Source of the DNA: Sphyrna mokarran
Lineage: Eukaryota
Assembly: GCA_024679065.1 (NCBI GenBank)
Contig: JAGIQG010000014.1
Coordinates: 25,420,001 to 25,484,000, forward strand
Direction: 5' to 3'
DNA: 64,000 nucleotides
Both the position numbers and the translations under genes were made by a program. The notes below the pieces were generated by a model that did no database searches, was not told the origin of the DNA, and saw only the letters and a list, made by a program, of their open reading frames with translations. Positions 49,640 to 61,719 of this stretch are shown one piece after another. The stretch's first letter is position 1; every line of letters begins with the position of its first letter.

Positions 49640-49940
49640 TTAAGTTTAAAGTTTATTTATTATTGTCACAAGTAAGCTTACATTAACATTACAATGAAGT
49701 TACTGTGAAAATCCCCTAGTCACCACACTCCAGTGCCTGTTTGGGAAAATTTAGCGTGGTCAAAGCACCTAACCACTACGTCTTTTTGATTGTGGGAAGA
49801 AACTAAGCATCCGGAAGAAACCAACGCAGACACGGGAAGAACATGCAGACACTACACAGACAGTGACCCAAGCCTGGAATTGAACCCGGGTCCCTGACAC
49901 TGCAAGGCAACAGTGCTAATCACTGTGCCACCATGTTGCC
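49640..49940 (-). mobile_element. HE1/V-SINE variant
   Basis: aagtttatttatt tail, ggaattgaacccgggtcc box B, cagtgctaatcactgtgccacc head. Confidence 0.8.
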
Positions 49941-50493
49941 TATTTGAATGCCAACATGAAAGAATGCTTCATTAAATTTTGGTTTTGGGCTCCAGAACGC
50001 ACATGAACTAATGTTCATTTCAGTATCCTTATCTTTTTTTCCGTCCCCCCTTCTTCTGCATGTAAGTGTGTATGTGCTGAAATGGGACATTGAGGGCAGC
50101 TCTCACCCAGTTTCTTGAATATGAAATAAATATAAACTTCTGTGATAATCCTAACTTGTGTTTGCCATAGATATTAATTGGTTCACAGAAAAATCCAAAG
50201 GGTGTTTTAAAAACTCAAAACACCTTCTGCCAATGGCCAGGTGGTAAGAGGATATAGATATAGCTTGCCTGTTGATCTGCTGTCGTAATATGATGGATCA
50301 TCCCTCAGCCTTCTCTCTTTGCTGTCGTCAGTGTGAAAAGGACTCTCTTGTTTCTTTGTGTTTCAAAGTGACAGCACAATTCATATTGCAGACTGGTTAA
50401 AAAATTTTAAATTTTCACCATCCTTGAATGTTCAGCAGAGATCTGACTAATTTAAGGGTGTTGTGATGATGTGACTTGAGTCTGAGTGATATC

Positions 50494-51535
50494 TGTAATA
50501 ACCCCCATGAGCTGCATAGGGAATCTCTAATTGATCTCCATCTGGGGTTCGTTCAATACGAGTTCCCTTGGTACTGTCAATGCTCTGCCCCCAGGTGGAA
50601 CTCGGCACTGGAGCCCTGTATAAGGCAGATACGGGGATGGATCTGCAGGACTATTGTCCTGCTTGGGACTTGTGTAGAAATGTTGTCCAGGTTAGGACTC
50701 GCATGTCCTAGAAGGCAAAATCCCAGACAGCGAAACCCCAAACAGTGAAACCCCCTGACAGCATAACCTCGGCCGGCATAACCCCAGAAGGTGTAGCCTT
50801 GGAGGGCAAAACCCGAAAGGTGGCAGATAATTTAACTGACAATGGACTCCATTTTCATTGGGAGTTTATTTGCTGCTATATTAAGGAAAGTATATTTTTT
50901 GTTGATATTGTGATTATATCAGCTTGTTGTCTTAATAATTCATCATTATGTAATTATAATGTATTTGGACTGCAATGTATTTGGATTAATTTTTTAAATA
51001 AAAAAGAAAGTTGAAACTAATGTAGTATGCCATAGAGTAATAGCTTTATGTTTTACAATAAATACCATTTTTCTCCAGTTGAGTTTCCTGAGTTATTGCG
51101 TTGGCGACGAGGAACGAGGAAAGTTCTGGATAATCTTACTTTTCAATGAACCTGGTAAAACTTAATGGGAGATTTTAAAATGCTGCTGTTCAAAAAATTG
51201 GAATTATAAAAATTGGAATCATGTGAGGGATTAGCCCTAGTATGCTGAATGAGTTAAATATTCCTTCTTCCAGGAAAATGAGATAGAAGAAAGTGACTGG
51301 CAAAAAGTAATCCTGCTGATTGTTGTGGGATACCAGCTTTCAACATCATAAAGAATTTAACTTACCCTGCAGCCCCAGATTCAGAATCCGTGAATGAGCT
51401 GATAGATTTGATAGCGAATCCTAAACCATCTGTTATATTGCAGCGCTACAGGTATAATACAGCAAATAGCCATTTTGGGGAACTGGTGCAGAATTCTTTA
51501 CAAGATTGCAGGAATTGGTGGAACACCAAGACAGA
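50494..51535 (+). mobile_element. Gypsy 5' LTR (~50494-51100), PBS and truncated gag
   Basis: TGTAATAACC start, AATAAA-rich R/U5, PBS TGGCGACGAGGA at 51102, gag IKNLTYPAAPDSES..ELI...LQRYRY. Confidence 0.7.
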
Positions 51536-53267
51536 CCAGCAGTAACAAAACCATATGGAGGCATCCTCTTTCAAAGCACTGGCTCCTCCTGACTCATCTC
51601 ATTGTTCAAGTCAATAGTCTAAGTGATATCTGCATCACTTGATCCATGTGGACAACAGGTGCCAGCTGGATGGATCATCAATATGTAATTTCAGCAAGTT
51701 AACATCTCATTTTTAGATATGCCTAATGGAGATACGCCAAGTCATGAGGTTACAGATTATTGCCAAATACAATTCTGCTACTGCTGATGGCCCACAGTGT
51801 CTCATGGATTCCTGATTTTGAGCTGCTAAATTTACTCTGAATCTATCCCATTTAACACAGTGGTACTGCCAGACAACACAATGTATGGTATCCTCAAGAT
51901 GAAGGTGGGGCTTTGTCTCCACAAGTAACATCTACTAACACAGTCATGTGACAGGTAGATTGACGCAGGTGAGATTATATAGGTTTCACTCTGTGTTTCT
52001 CGCCACCTGCCACAGGCTCAGTCTGGCAGTGCATCAGGGTACTGCCAGCTCTTTTAACAATGGTACTGCCATAAGTTATGATATGGTGAATATGATAATG
52101 TCAGCCCAGTGAAACCAGTACAAAAACTGAAGCACTTACAGTATTAGAGTCTGGAGTCACATGTAGGCCAGACATGGTAAAAAAGTCAGATTTCTCCCCG
52201 AAAGACATGAGTGAACTAGATGGTTTTTTTTTAAGAAGGCTGGTGATTTCATGATTATTATTAATGAGACGAGCTTTTCATTTCACATTTATTAATTAAT
52301 TAGCTGGCTTCATGGGGCGTGTACTCATTGGTGCAGGCTTCTAGGTTATTAGTCCAGTAACATATCCACTGTGCTATCATCCCCTCTGGCATAGCAAGAT
52401 CCCACAAACAGTACTGAGATTATCTGACGTTGCTTGAGGGATAAATATTGTACATTGGGGTGCTTGAAACTTCTTCTTCTGATCGTGTTATGGGAGACTA
52501 GATGGGGATTTAGATGGCATCTCCAACAGTGCCAAATGTCATCAGTACTGCACTAAAATGTCAACCTAGAATAAATGGTCAAGTCTCTAGGGAGACATAG
52601 AGACAGACAAGTAGACGGAAAAAGATAAAGGATTATGACATGGTAAATCCTGATAAATTGTTTTCATTGGTCAGTAAAATGGCCACAAATCACAAAAGGA
52701 TTAGAAAAGTTAACCACGTGACATGTGATTAAAATATGAAAATTTGTTGGAACTAAGTGTATAAATTCTTCTAATCCATGAACTGCTTCAAAAGGTAAGT
52801 ATAACCAGGAGCATTGGACCAAATAGATCCCATATAGCAAAACGCCAGAGTAGACTTAATGAGCCCAAAAGTCTCTTTCTGTGTTGTCGGGTTCTGAGAC
52901 AGTAACTCAGACCATCTTTGGGGTGTAAGTCAGAACAATGTTTTTTGAGAATTGCTCTAATTTGGAAATATAATTCCAATTTGAGTTACACACAATCAGG
53001 TGCAGTGGTTGGTGGATTTGTTAACAATGTATTAAAAAAAGTCATCACCTTTGAGCAACTCAATCTTATTTAGCGAATATAAAGCACAAGGCTAGGATGC
53101 CACAGACAAGCTGATATAATCTGCTGCATTGGAAAAGTTCTGTGCATAGTTACTACAAAATGTAAAAAGGATAACACTGGGAAATGCGTTATTGGTTTTC
53201 AACCCACTGATTGGCCTTCTATATCATTAATTGCTCTTTAATCATTCAATAAATTTATATTTAAAAG

Positions 53268-53447
53268 GGGAGTAGGTTAGCTCAGTTGGCTGGTTTGTTC
53301 TGCAGAGGAGCGCCAACAGTGTGGGTTCAATTCCCATACTACTTGAGGTTATTCATGAATCTTCTGATCCTCAGGTTAAAGCACCACCAGTTAGCTCTCA
53401 AAGGGGAGAACAGCCTATGGTCATCTGGGACTATAGTGACTTGACCA
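53268..53447 (+). mobile_element. tRNA-derived SINE (different family from HE1)
   Basis: Box A ttagctcagttgg and box B gggttcaattccc. Confidence 0.6.
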
Positions 53448-54658
53448 TACCTACTTAAAAGCTTCTACAATACTTCCCTACAGACAATGTTTGTGAATGG
53501 AATGGACATGCATGGATGGTGCGGTGAAAGACTACTCCTCTCATTTTTTCAACCCTCAGATCAGGGTCTCTCTTGCAATCCATGTTGATATTCCTTGATC
53601 GTTGTTTTAATTAGAAAAGGAAACTCACAGTGGGTGCTTTTGTCTTTTCAGGCAGTTCATCAAGAATTACTTTATTGTAAAATTATTATTAAAAAGCAGA
53701 CAATGAAAAAATCAAAACAGACCGGAGCGTCAGTATCAAGAATTTCAGAGGGATAGAAGCTTAAATTCATAGTAACATGAGCTGGCTGATTCAAGCACCA
53801 GCAATTTGATTCTCCTTAACAGACAGGAGAAAGATAACAAACGCCAAACTCGAGGTAAATAGCTGAAATTCTTTCAAAAGAAAACGTGAGTACATGAAAG
53901 AAAAAGGGATAAAAAGCTAACCTGAAAAAGCTGATAAGAAGTATATAGAGTAAGAGGTTTGTGTGGAACACCAACTCACTGGGCTGAAATACCTGTTCCT
54001 GTGCTGTATATTCTCAGCAATTCTACATAAAAATCCAAAGTTATCTAAGAATAATCTATCAATACCTGGTATATTCTTCACAATAATGTGAGGAAGTGAC
54101 CAATCACAACAGTGTAAGAAATCAGCAAATATATTTTGAATTATAAGTTTAAGTTCTTTAAGTTTACTATGAGCATCACAAGTAAGGCTTACATTAACAC
54201 TGCAATGAAGTTATGTGAACATCACCAATCACCACACTCCAGTGTTTGTTCAGGTACACTAAAGGACAATTTAAAAAGGCCAATGCACCTAACCTGCATG
54301 TCTTTGAGACTGTGGGAGGAAACCAGAGCATCCGGAGGAAACCTATGTAGTCACAGGTTAGAGTTTAAATCAGTGCCTTTGCAAAAAAATGATGAAATCT
54401 CTCCATCCTTTACTGTTCCCTCAAATGGGTTTCACATCAATAAAAGAAAGATCGTTAGAAGTAAGCCCAGGAAAGGATAATGAGTACTGAGATTTTAAAA
54501 TATTTGCAAATATAGAAAATCTAAAAGAAAAACAGGAAGTGCTAGAAACATACAGCAGATCAGTAACTGTGATTGAAGAGACAGATAGGAGCTGAATTCT
54601 TGGCTAGCTGATGCACTCGAAATCTCACTTCTCTTTCTCAAATGCTAACTGACTTACT

Positions 54659-54783
54659 GGCTGGAATTTTACATCCTGCCTGCCATGGGAACCGTACCGG
54701 GCGAGAGACGGACAATGGGAAGGTCCATTGACCATGGGTAGGATTTTACAGTTTCAGGATGAACGAGGCAGTAAAATCCCACC
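54659..54783. mobile_element. MITE, same family as 4842-4973
   Basis: ggctggaattttac...gtaaaatcccacc termini. Confidence 0.7.
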
Positions 54784-54996
54784 ACTGTTTTTCCAGCATT
54801 TCCTAATTAATATTGTGTCAGAATGGCTGAAAAATGTACCAACAACAATAGTTTCATTGTAGAAATGACTTTAAAAGGCAAGACCAGGAAACTTCTGTCA
54901 ATGACATAAGCTTAATTTTGCATTTTTAAGTTTCTATGTGAACTACTTTCTGAATTTCAGCACCACTGAGAATTCCTGTAATCATCCTTATGTTCC

Positions 54997-55031
54997 CTAC
55001 AATCTGGAGTGCATCTCTCCTTGCCCAATGT
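54997..55031 (-). CDS. Candidate last coding exon of the IgSF receptor (DIGQGEMHSRL*)
   Basis: Pyrimidine-rich acceptor ...ttatttacttag| in phase 1; no homology support. Confidence 0.25.
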
Positions 55032-55539
55032 CTAAGTAAATAACAGACAACAGGAAGCCTAACAGAGAATTTTACGCTGTATACTGGCTCATGGAAGATT
55101 TCACATACTAACTCCCTGATGTCTCCCTTTTCCAAACACTGAGTGTATATACATTATTAACTGGAATTCCTTTAGATTCTGAACCAACAGCTGATTTGAT
55201 TCACAAACAAAGAGAATTTTCAGCTCAACAACACTTAGGAGCATAGCATGATACAGTTTGCTGTGTCTGTGCCCTGCTCCTTCCCCGTGGAGCTGACAAT
55301 CTCTCTTTTCAATTATTTATCCAAATCCCTTTTGCCAGATATTTCTGAACATGACTCCTTCACCGTGCATTCCAGATTGGAACAACTCACTGCACAAAAT
55401 AAATTTCTCCTTGTGCTCCCAATTATCTAGACCCTGGGACCTCTGATTTCTGACCATACCGCCAGTGAAAGCGGTACATCACACGCTGCTTTATCAAGAA
55501 GGATTCATTGATCTCTCTCTAAGAGCCAAAGGGAAAGAA

Positions 55540-55965
55540 AGATTTGCATTTAAACAGCACCTTTCATCTTAAGGGTCTATACAGTAAATTTAGTACTTTT
55601 GAGTGTCATCACTGTTGTAATGTAGAAAATATGGCAACCAATATGTGCACAGCAAGCTCCAACAAAAAGCATGGGGATAATCTGGTATTTTTGAGATATT
55701 GATTAATGGGTAACTATTGACTAGGGAGAGAAGGATAACTCCCCTGTTATTCCTCAAAATAATACCATGGAATCTTTTACCATGGGGTTGGTGGGGTCTT
55801 GGTTTAACATCTCATCTGAACGGTGACACCTCTGACAGTGTAACACTCCTCAATACTGCACTGGGGTATCAGTCTAGACTTTTGTGCACAAGTCCTGGGT
55901 TCAGACATGAACACACACTCTTCTGACTCAGGGGCAAACATGCTAACAAGTAAGTCATGGCTGGT
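55540..55965 (-). mobile_element. DeuSINE-like element
   Basis: cactgttgtaatgtagaaaatatggcaacca and ggtttaacatctcatctgaa...cacctctgacagtg motifs. Confidence 0.65.
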
Positions 55966-56134
55966 GCAATTCGCCAGCTATCAGTGCCAACAATGAAGGA
56001 TTCATGAGAATTTAGACTAATATGTAGATGGCTCAGGGCGATAGTCATGATCTAAAAGTACAGCTCTTGTCCAGGTTATAGAGATTTGTGCAGGTGGATT
56101 CAGGTCTGATATTCTGGCTCAAAGGCTCCCTGAA

Positions 56135-56600
56135 ATATAAGAACATAAGAACGTAAGAAATATGAGCATAAGCTCAAATTTGTTCCAGCATTCAATAGAT
56201 CATGGCTGATCTGATCTTGGCCTCTGTCTGTTCCCCTATCGTTTAGCAATCTGTCTATTTTGGTCTTGAATATCAGTATCCACGACTTCCTAAGGTAGAG
56301 AATCTGAGAGGTTCACAAGCCCCAGATAAGAAATTCCTCCTCATCTTGTGTTAAAGGGGCAACACTGATTCTGAAACTATGCTTCTGTTTTATTCTCCCC
56401 CATGAGTGGAAACATCCTCCAAAGCATTAACCCTGTCAATCACCCTCCGAATCTTATAAGTTTCAATCAAATTACCTCTCATTCTTCTAAACTCCAATGA
56501 ATCTAGGCCCAGCCTTCCCATCTTTTCCTCATAAGACAACAACTTAATCACAGGAATCAACCAAGTCAACCTTCTCTGAAATCCTTCCAATATCACCCTT
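56135..56600 (-). mobile_element. CR1 LINE 3' fragment
   Basis: ORF 56390..56596 LEGFQRRLTWLIP...RMRGNLIETYKI; (aagaacat) tail. Confidence 0.8.
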
Positions 56601-56634
56601 AACAGGAGACCAAAGCTGTAATGTTTAAGGTTAT

Positions 56635-56905
56635 TGAAGTTTTAAGTTTGTTTATTAGTGCCACAAGTAGGCTTACCTTAACATCGCAATGAAATAACAG
56701 TGAAAACTCCCCAGTTGCCATATTCTGGCACCTGTTCAGGTACACAGAGGAGAATTTAGCATGGCCAATGCACCTAAGTAGTACGTCTTTCAGACTGTAG
56801 TAGGAAACCAGGGCACTCAGAGGAAATCCGCAGACACGTGGAGAATGTGAAGACTCCGCAGAGACAGTGACCCAAGCTGGGAATTGAACGCAGGTCCTGG
56901 CACTG
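56635..56905 (-). mobile_element. HE1/V-SINE variant
   Basis: Same tail and central motifs as 49640-49940. Confidence 0.78.
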
Positions 56906-57639
56906 TATCTAAGGGATTTGTCAGGTTTATGTTCCATGATTTTGCCTTGTACTTTATTTCACCTGTTTAAAGTTCCTCCCTCCTATTAGCCCTCCTGCAT
57001 TGGGAGACCATGGGCCATCCTTAACTGGACAGTGAGTGAGTTCTCTGGCCATTAGCTGGCCATTTCTTGGAAAATCATGTCAGTTGACTATTTCTGACAC
57101 CATGGGGTGCTGGGACCCAGATCTGATTCCGGTGTTGGGATCCTGATCCCACTTAGCCCGTGCAATCATAATTCTCTCTATATTATTCCGTGGAAATTGT
57201 TCCCTTTTAGCATTACTTGTCCATAAAATTAAACATCAGAACAGGGGGCTGAATTATCTTTTCTTAAACAGCTCACGAGTCAGAACACTGAAGGTTAGAG
57301 TAGACAACGAGAGTTATACAAAAGCCAATGTATTTTCCATCCAATAATTGACACGGGAAAAAAATCAGGGTAGGTCCTGTTGGGGATGAGTCAACTTTTC
57401 CTTGTCGTTCAACGACCAGCCTAACTGAGCTTTAACATTTAGATGGCAAAGGAAAAATCCACACCAATAGATATTATTTATTGGCAGGATCCTATATAAA
57501 TTTATGAAATATATATATATATATACGCACATACACACACAAAATCTCTATATACCTAGATTTTATCTTTATATTTACTATATATGTGTTATACATATAA
57601 TACAAGCAGAGAGCAGGATGGCAGTGAAGCTAATCTTAC

Positions 57640-57777
57640 CAGTCTCAGCAGGAAAGGAAGAAGTTGTTTTCTTGTACATCAGAACAGTAGCAACAATAAT
57701 TAAAAGCAAGGATCCCACAATAGAGAGAATCCACAGCAGAATCATCTTCCCTGGGCTTTGGCTGGGCTTCACTGCTT
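57640..57777 (-). CDS. Stalk/transmembrane exon of the IgSF receptor
   Basis: gattag|AA; EAVKPSQSPGKMILLWILSIVGSLLLIIVATVLMYKKTTSSFPAET; G|gtaag; ~23 hydrophobic residues followed by KK stop-transfer. Confidence 0.8.
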
Positions 57778-60700
57778 CTAATCCAAGCAAAAGAGAAAAT
57801 AAATCTCTATTGAAGCAGCTCAAGAGGTGTAATATTACAAACGGTAGTATTTTACTACATTAAAAGTAATCATGAGCATCTTATTTCATGATGGCCAGTG
57901 TGATGCAAAGTGATGCCTTATCAGATGCCATTAATGCCATCAAGCAAGATGCATATTGGCTGCAGTTCTGTTTGCCATCTACTTTTCCACCATGCTCTTG
58001 TCTGCACTCAAAGATCTCAAAGACATAAGAGTTTATATTCGTTCTGGGTAGATGGTAATTTCAATCTGAAAACACTCAAGATGCCGACAAAGAGCACAGA
58101 ACAACTGCTGAGTGAGTGATTCCATAGGGCATCCAGCAGACTGTTGACCATTTTGTCTAAGCCTCAGAATGCTTCAGCTTTACGCCTGAAAAAGACAAAG
58201 GTCGTGTGCCAGTCGGCCTCTAGGCACAAACTCTCAGATACCATTGTCAAAATCAATAATACCCTCCTCAGTCCAGAAGTTCCTCAGAAGCTCTGTCATC
58301 CTGGGAATATTCTCTTCCACACACCACTTTGAATGATAAAATTGACCATCACCTGGCAAAGTGAGCTCAGCATTTGGCAGACTCACCAACAGGTTTCCAA
58401 GAGAGAATGAACTTTGTCTCAAAAAGATCAATGTCCACCAGGCATTGCTTCCTGCATCACTTCTCTATAGCTGTGAGAGATGGGCAACCTATCAACTTCA
58501 CCCAAAGCAACTAGATGCATTACACCTTCATTGACTAAGACCTATCTACAATATAGGTGACAGGACCCAATACCTGACACTGAAATTCACAGCCCAACAA
58601 TTTCAAACCAACATCCTACCCACAAATTCCCCCCTCCCATAGACGCACACTAACCCAGGTTCACACATACACACCTACACATATACACACCCGAAACAAA
58701 CATCACTTCCATTCACACCATGCACATTGATCCGACACACATTTATCCACTCATAGACTTTTAGAGCACAAACGCACATGTTCTACATCTCACCACCGAT
58801 TTACACACACAAGCACACTAATGTAGACCTTACCCAGATCCTTACTGACTGCCCTCTGAATCGGCTGCCTCAGAGAGGCATGTTTCACCTCACACCAGTA
58901 AGTGTAGTTACTCTCCCACTCTGCTGTTGGCACAGTGAGCTGGCTCACTGTCTGGTAAGTGCTGTTATTGCCCAAAGCCACTGCAAACTGCATCACTCCT
59001 GTATCCACTGGGCCATTGTCATCTCTCCAAGTCACAGAGATAGCAGCAGGATAAAAGTCTGACACCAAGCAACTTATTACAACAGTTAGCCTCGCAGAGA
59101 CTGCATCAACAGAGGGAGAGATCAGTTGGATGACAGGCTCCTGAGTATAACCATCTACAGCAGAGAGAAGAACAGGTCATTAGATAAGAGATTAAACCAA
59201 TATCTACTGCTTTATCACATACATCAGATCAAATGCATCTAAAACATGTTAAGTGAAGCTAGAAGGTTGTGAGTATCCTGCTTAAGTAGCATCAATAATT
59301 TTGCAATAAAGCAGAACTGGACATTCATTAGGTTCATTTTATTTGATTAGTCAAACAACAAATAAAACATTCAATGGTTCCTAAACTGTTAAAGCGCAAG
59401 GTCGCAGACTAAGTATAAGATAACACGTTTTATACAAAAACTTATGCTCTGCTTGATAAATAGACTTTGCAGTTATTTAACTCAATGGTATAATAATAAG
59501 CTAAGAACATAAGATAGAATGGAGACTTTTCAGTTTATTCTTTTCCTACCAGCTATCATTGAGAATGTAACATGTCTCACAACACCAGGTTAAAGTCCAA
59601 CAGATTTATTTGGAATCGCAAGCTTTCGGAGCATTGCTCTTTCATCATGTGAGTGATGAAGGAACAGCGCTCTGAAAGCTTGTGATTCCATATAAACCTG
59701 TTGCACTTTGACCTGGTATTGTGAGGCTTCTTACTGTGCCAACCCTAGTCTAACACCAGCACCTTTACATTATAATTGACAACGTCACTGACTTTTCCGA
59801 ATCTACGTAAATTCCCGGGAAAGGTGAACAATCACAGGCACAATTTAAGGAAGAGAAACCATAAAATATTTTCCTACTCTGTAACTTACTGATGCATTAT
59901 TAAAATCTACCTTTCTTGATGTCAGTTTATTTGCAGATGATAAACAAATTCCTTCTTCTGCTGCCTATGCTTGATAGACCAATTCCACCCAGGACAAATA
60001 ATCATCCAAAAGCCTCCTAACATTATTAATTGAGAAAACAAATATATTTGATAGGAATGTATTGCATAGAATTCTAGCTCTGTTTTTTAAAACATTGAAA
60101 GATTTATAGAGTACACAGAGTCTGATTGCAACATCTATGACAACCAATATTCAAACAGAAATATTACTGTACTTTGGAAACAAAAAAAGTTATGAAAATA
60201 ATAACATATAGCTATCTATGTAATTATAAAAATATTTTGAATCCTTCTGGTAATTTGATACGCAACACTAACATTATATGGAGAGACATTCAGACACTCC
60301 CTTGAACATGCTTCGTGCCTTATTTAAGATAATAGTTCATTCATCTAATTCCTGGAATGCAAGGTTTAACTTTATTGGCAGGTTGGACTTGTATCCATTG
60401 CAGTTTAGGAAAATCAGAGATGATTTGATTAAAACAAAAAAGATTCTGAGGAAACTTGACGGAGTGGATGCTAAGAGACTGCTTCCCTTTGTAGGGAGTC
60501 TTGAGGGGACATGGGGGTCTTCTATTTAGGACTTCTTTTTCTCTCAGAGTGCCATTAGTCTGTGAAATGCTCTTCCCCAGACAGTAGTAGAGACTGGGTC
60601 GGTGAATGCATTTAACTCTGAATTAGATAGATTTTGGCTTGACGATGGAGTCAAAGCTCTCGGAGGATAAATGGGAAAGTAGAGTTGAGGATAAGCTATG

Positions 60701-61719
60701 ATTGTATTGAATGGTGGAGCAGACCGATGGGCTGAATGGCCTATTCCTGCTCCTAACCAACACTCACTGTGGTCTGGTGAAGATGCCGGTTTGAAACTGG
60801 TGCATAAAGTACAACTGGCCAACATCAGTGGTGGCCTGCGCTAATTTCAGAAAAAACATTGTGACGATCTGATGGGTAATACCTCTGCAATATGACGAGG
60901 AGACTGGAGAATGTGGGGTTTTTCTGGATGAGAAAGTTTTCATATAATTTGTTCCTCTGTCACATGGGCCCAATATTTTAATATTATAGATTTTGCCAAC
61001 TTCAACTGAATTGAAGCCAAATAAAGATGCAAATGAGAACTTATTGCTCCTATCTGCTGGTGTTTCTGGACAGGGAATTAATTGAATCAATTGTTGAGGT
61101 CGGTGAGGTTTAGCTATTAAGACGAGGGATGTTTATTAAATCCAATCATCTTTTCTTAGTCCTAAATGTGCTATACATCCAATGCCTGACTGTAATCATG
61201 TGATCAAATTAAGGAAAAATCTGTATTTTTAATGTTTTATATAAGACATTAATAAATATTACAGTCTCAGCAATAACAACTCAATAACATCAACATTAAC
61301 TAAAAGCACCTGTTCTGTCAAAGTGGTGAGACTTAATTAGAAAACAGTATTCAATAAAGCTTCCATTCAGGATTTGGAAACAATCTGTTTAATAAACCTA
61401 CCATCTTTACTGATCGTTCTGATGATTGGCAAAGACAGAGTTTCATGCGAAACAATGCAAGTATAATGACAGCCACTGAGCCACTGCGATATTGAAATTG
61501 GTAATTTGCTGATCAGGGTGTAACGGCCATCAGAATCCATCAGTCCACCTGAGTGTGGAATTTCTGAAAGCACCTGCGTGCCTCCTTTATACCAAGACAC
61601 CGATATTTTTTTGGGGTAGAAGCCTTTCGACACGCAAACAATTGTACTGCTAGTCTGCTGGGAAATTCCTTCAGAAAGTGCAAAATGGATATTCACTGAA
61701 GGCGGCGTTGGTGAAATGG
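57640..61719 (-). CDS. Partial IgSF type I membrane receptor with tandem Ig constant (C1-set) domains; complement(join(57640..57777,58834..59154,61402..61719)); 5' exons outside the window
   Basis: Three phase 1-1 exons with canonical AG/GT splice in frame with no stop: C1 domain, C1 domain, stalk-TM-cytoplasmic start. Confidence 0.88.
58000..58590 (+). mobile_element. Degenerate RTE-clade LINE fragment
   Basis: KKTKVVCQ, KVSSAFGRL and LLYSCERW motifs of the RTE RT C-terminus. Confidence 0.6.
58834..59154 (-). CDS. Ig C1-set domain exon (membrane-proximal)
   Basis: ctgtag|AT; EPVIQLISP...ISCLVSDFYPAAISVTW...NNSTYQTVSQLTVPTAEWESNYTYWCEVKHASL...SKDL; G|gtaag; 321 nt. Confidence 0.93.
59570..59770. 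mobile_element. Palindromic Penelope-like short repeat with decayed hammerhead cores
   Basis: tctcacaacaccaggttaaagtccaaca arm and its reverse complement; centre tgatgaagga...tgaaagct. Confidence 0.65.
60380..60755 (+). mobile_element. CR1 LINE 3' fragment
   Basis: RLDLYPLQFRKIRDDLIKT and a CR1-type 3' UTR (gaatggcctattcctgctcct). Confidence 0.7.
61402..61719 (-). CDS. Ig C1-set domain exon (membrane-distal within the window)
   Basis: tttcag|CC; PPSVNI...TIVCVSKGFYPKKISVSW...DSDGRYTLISKLPI...WLSGCHYTCIVSHETL...ISKD; G|gtagg; 318 nt. Confidence 0.93.

Noticed and set aside
55100-55145. Minus-strand VFGKG resembling a J-segment FGxG motif
   Set aside because: No heptamer/nonamer RSS, no T-x-L/V-x-V continuation, and it lies 3' of the C and TM exons.
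57745-57760. SPGK, identical to the IgG C-terminus
   Set aside because: A four-residue match in a separate stalk exon; most likely chance.
60764-61090. 108-aa ORF between the two C1 exons as an extra exon
   Set aside because: No Ig motifs or convincing splice sites; the flanking exons already join in frame.
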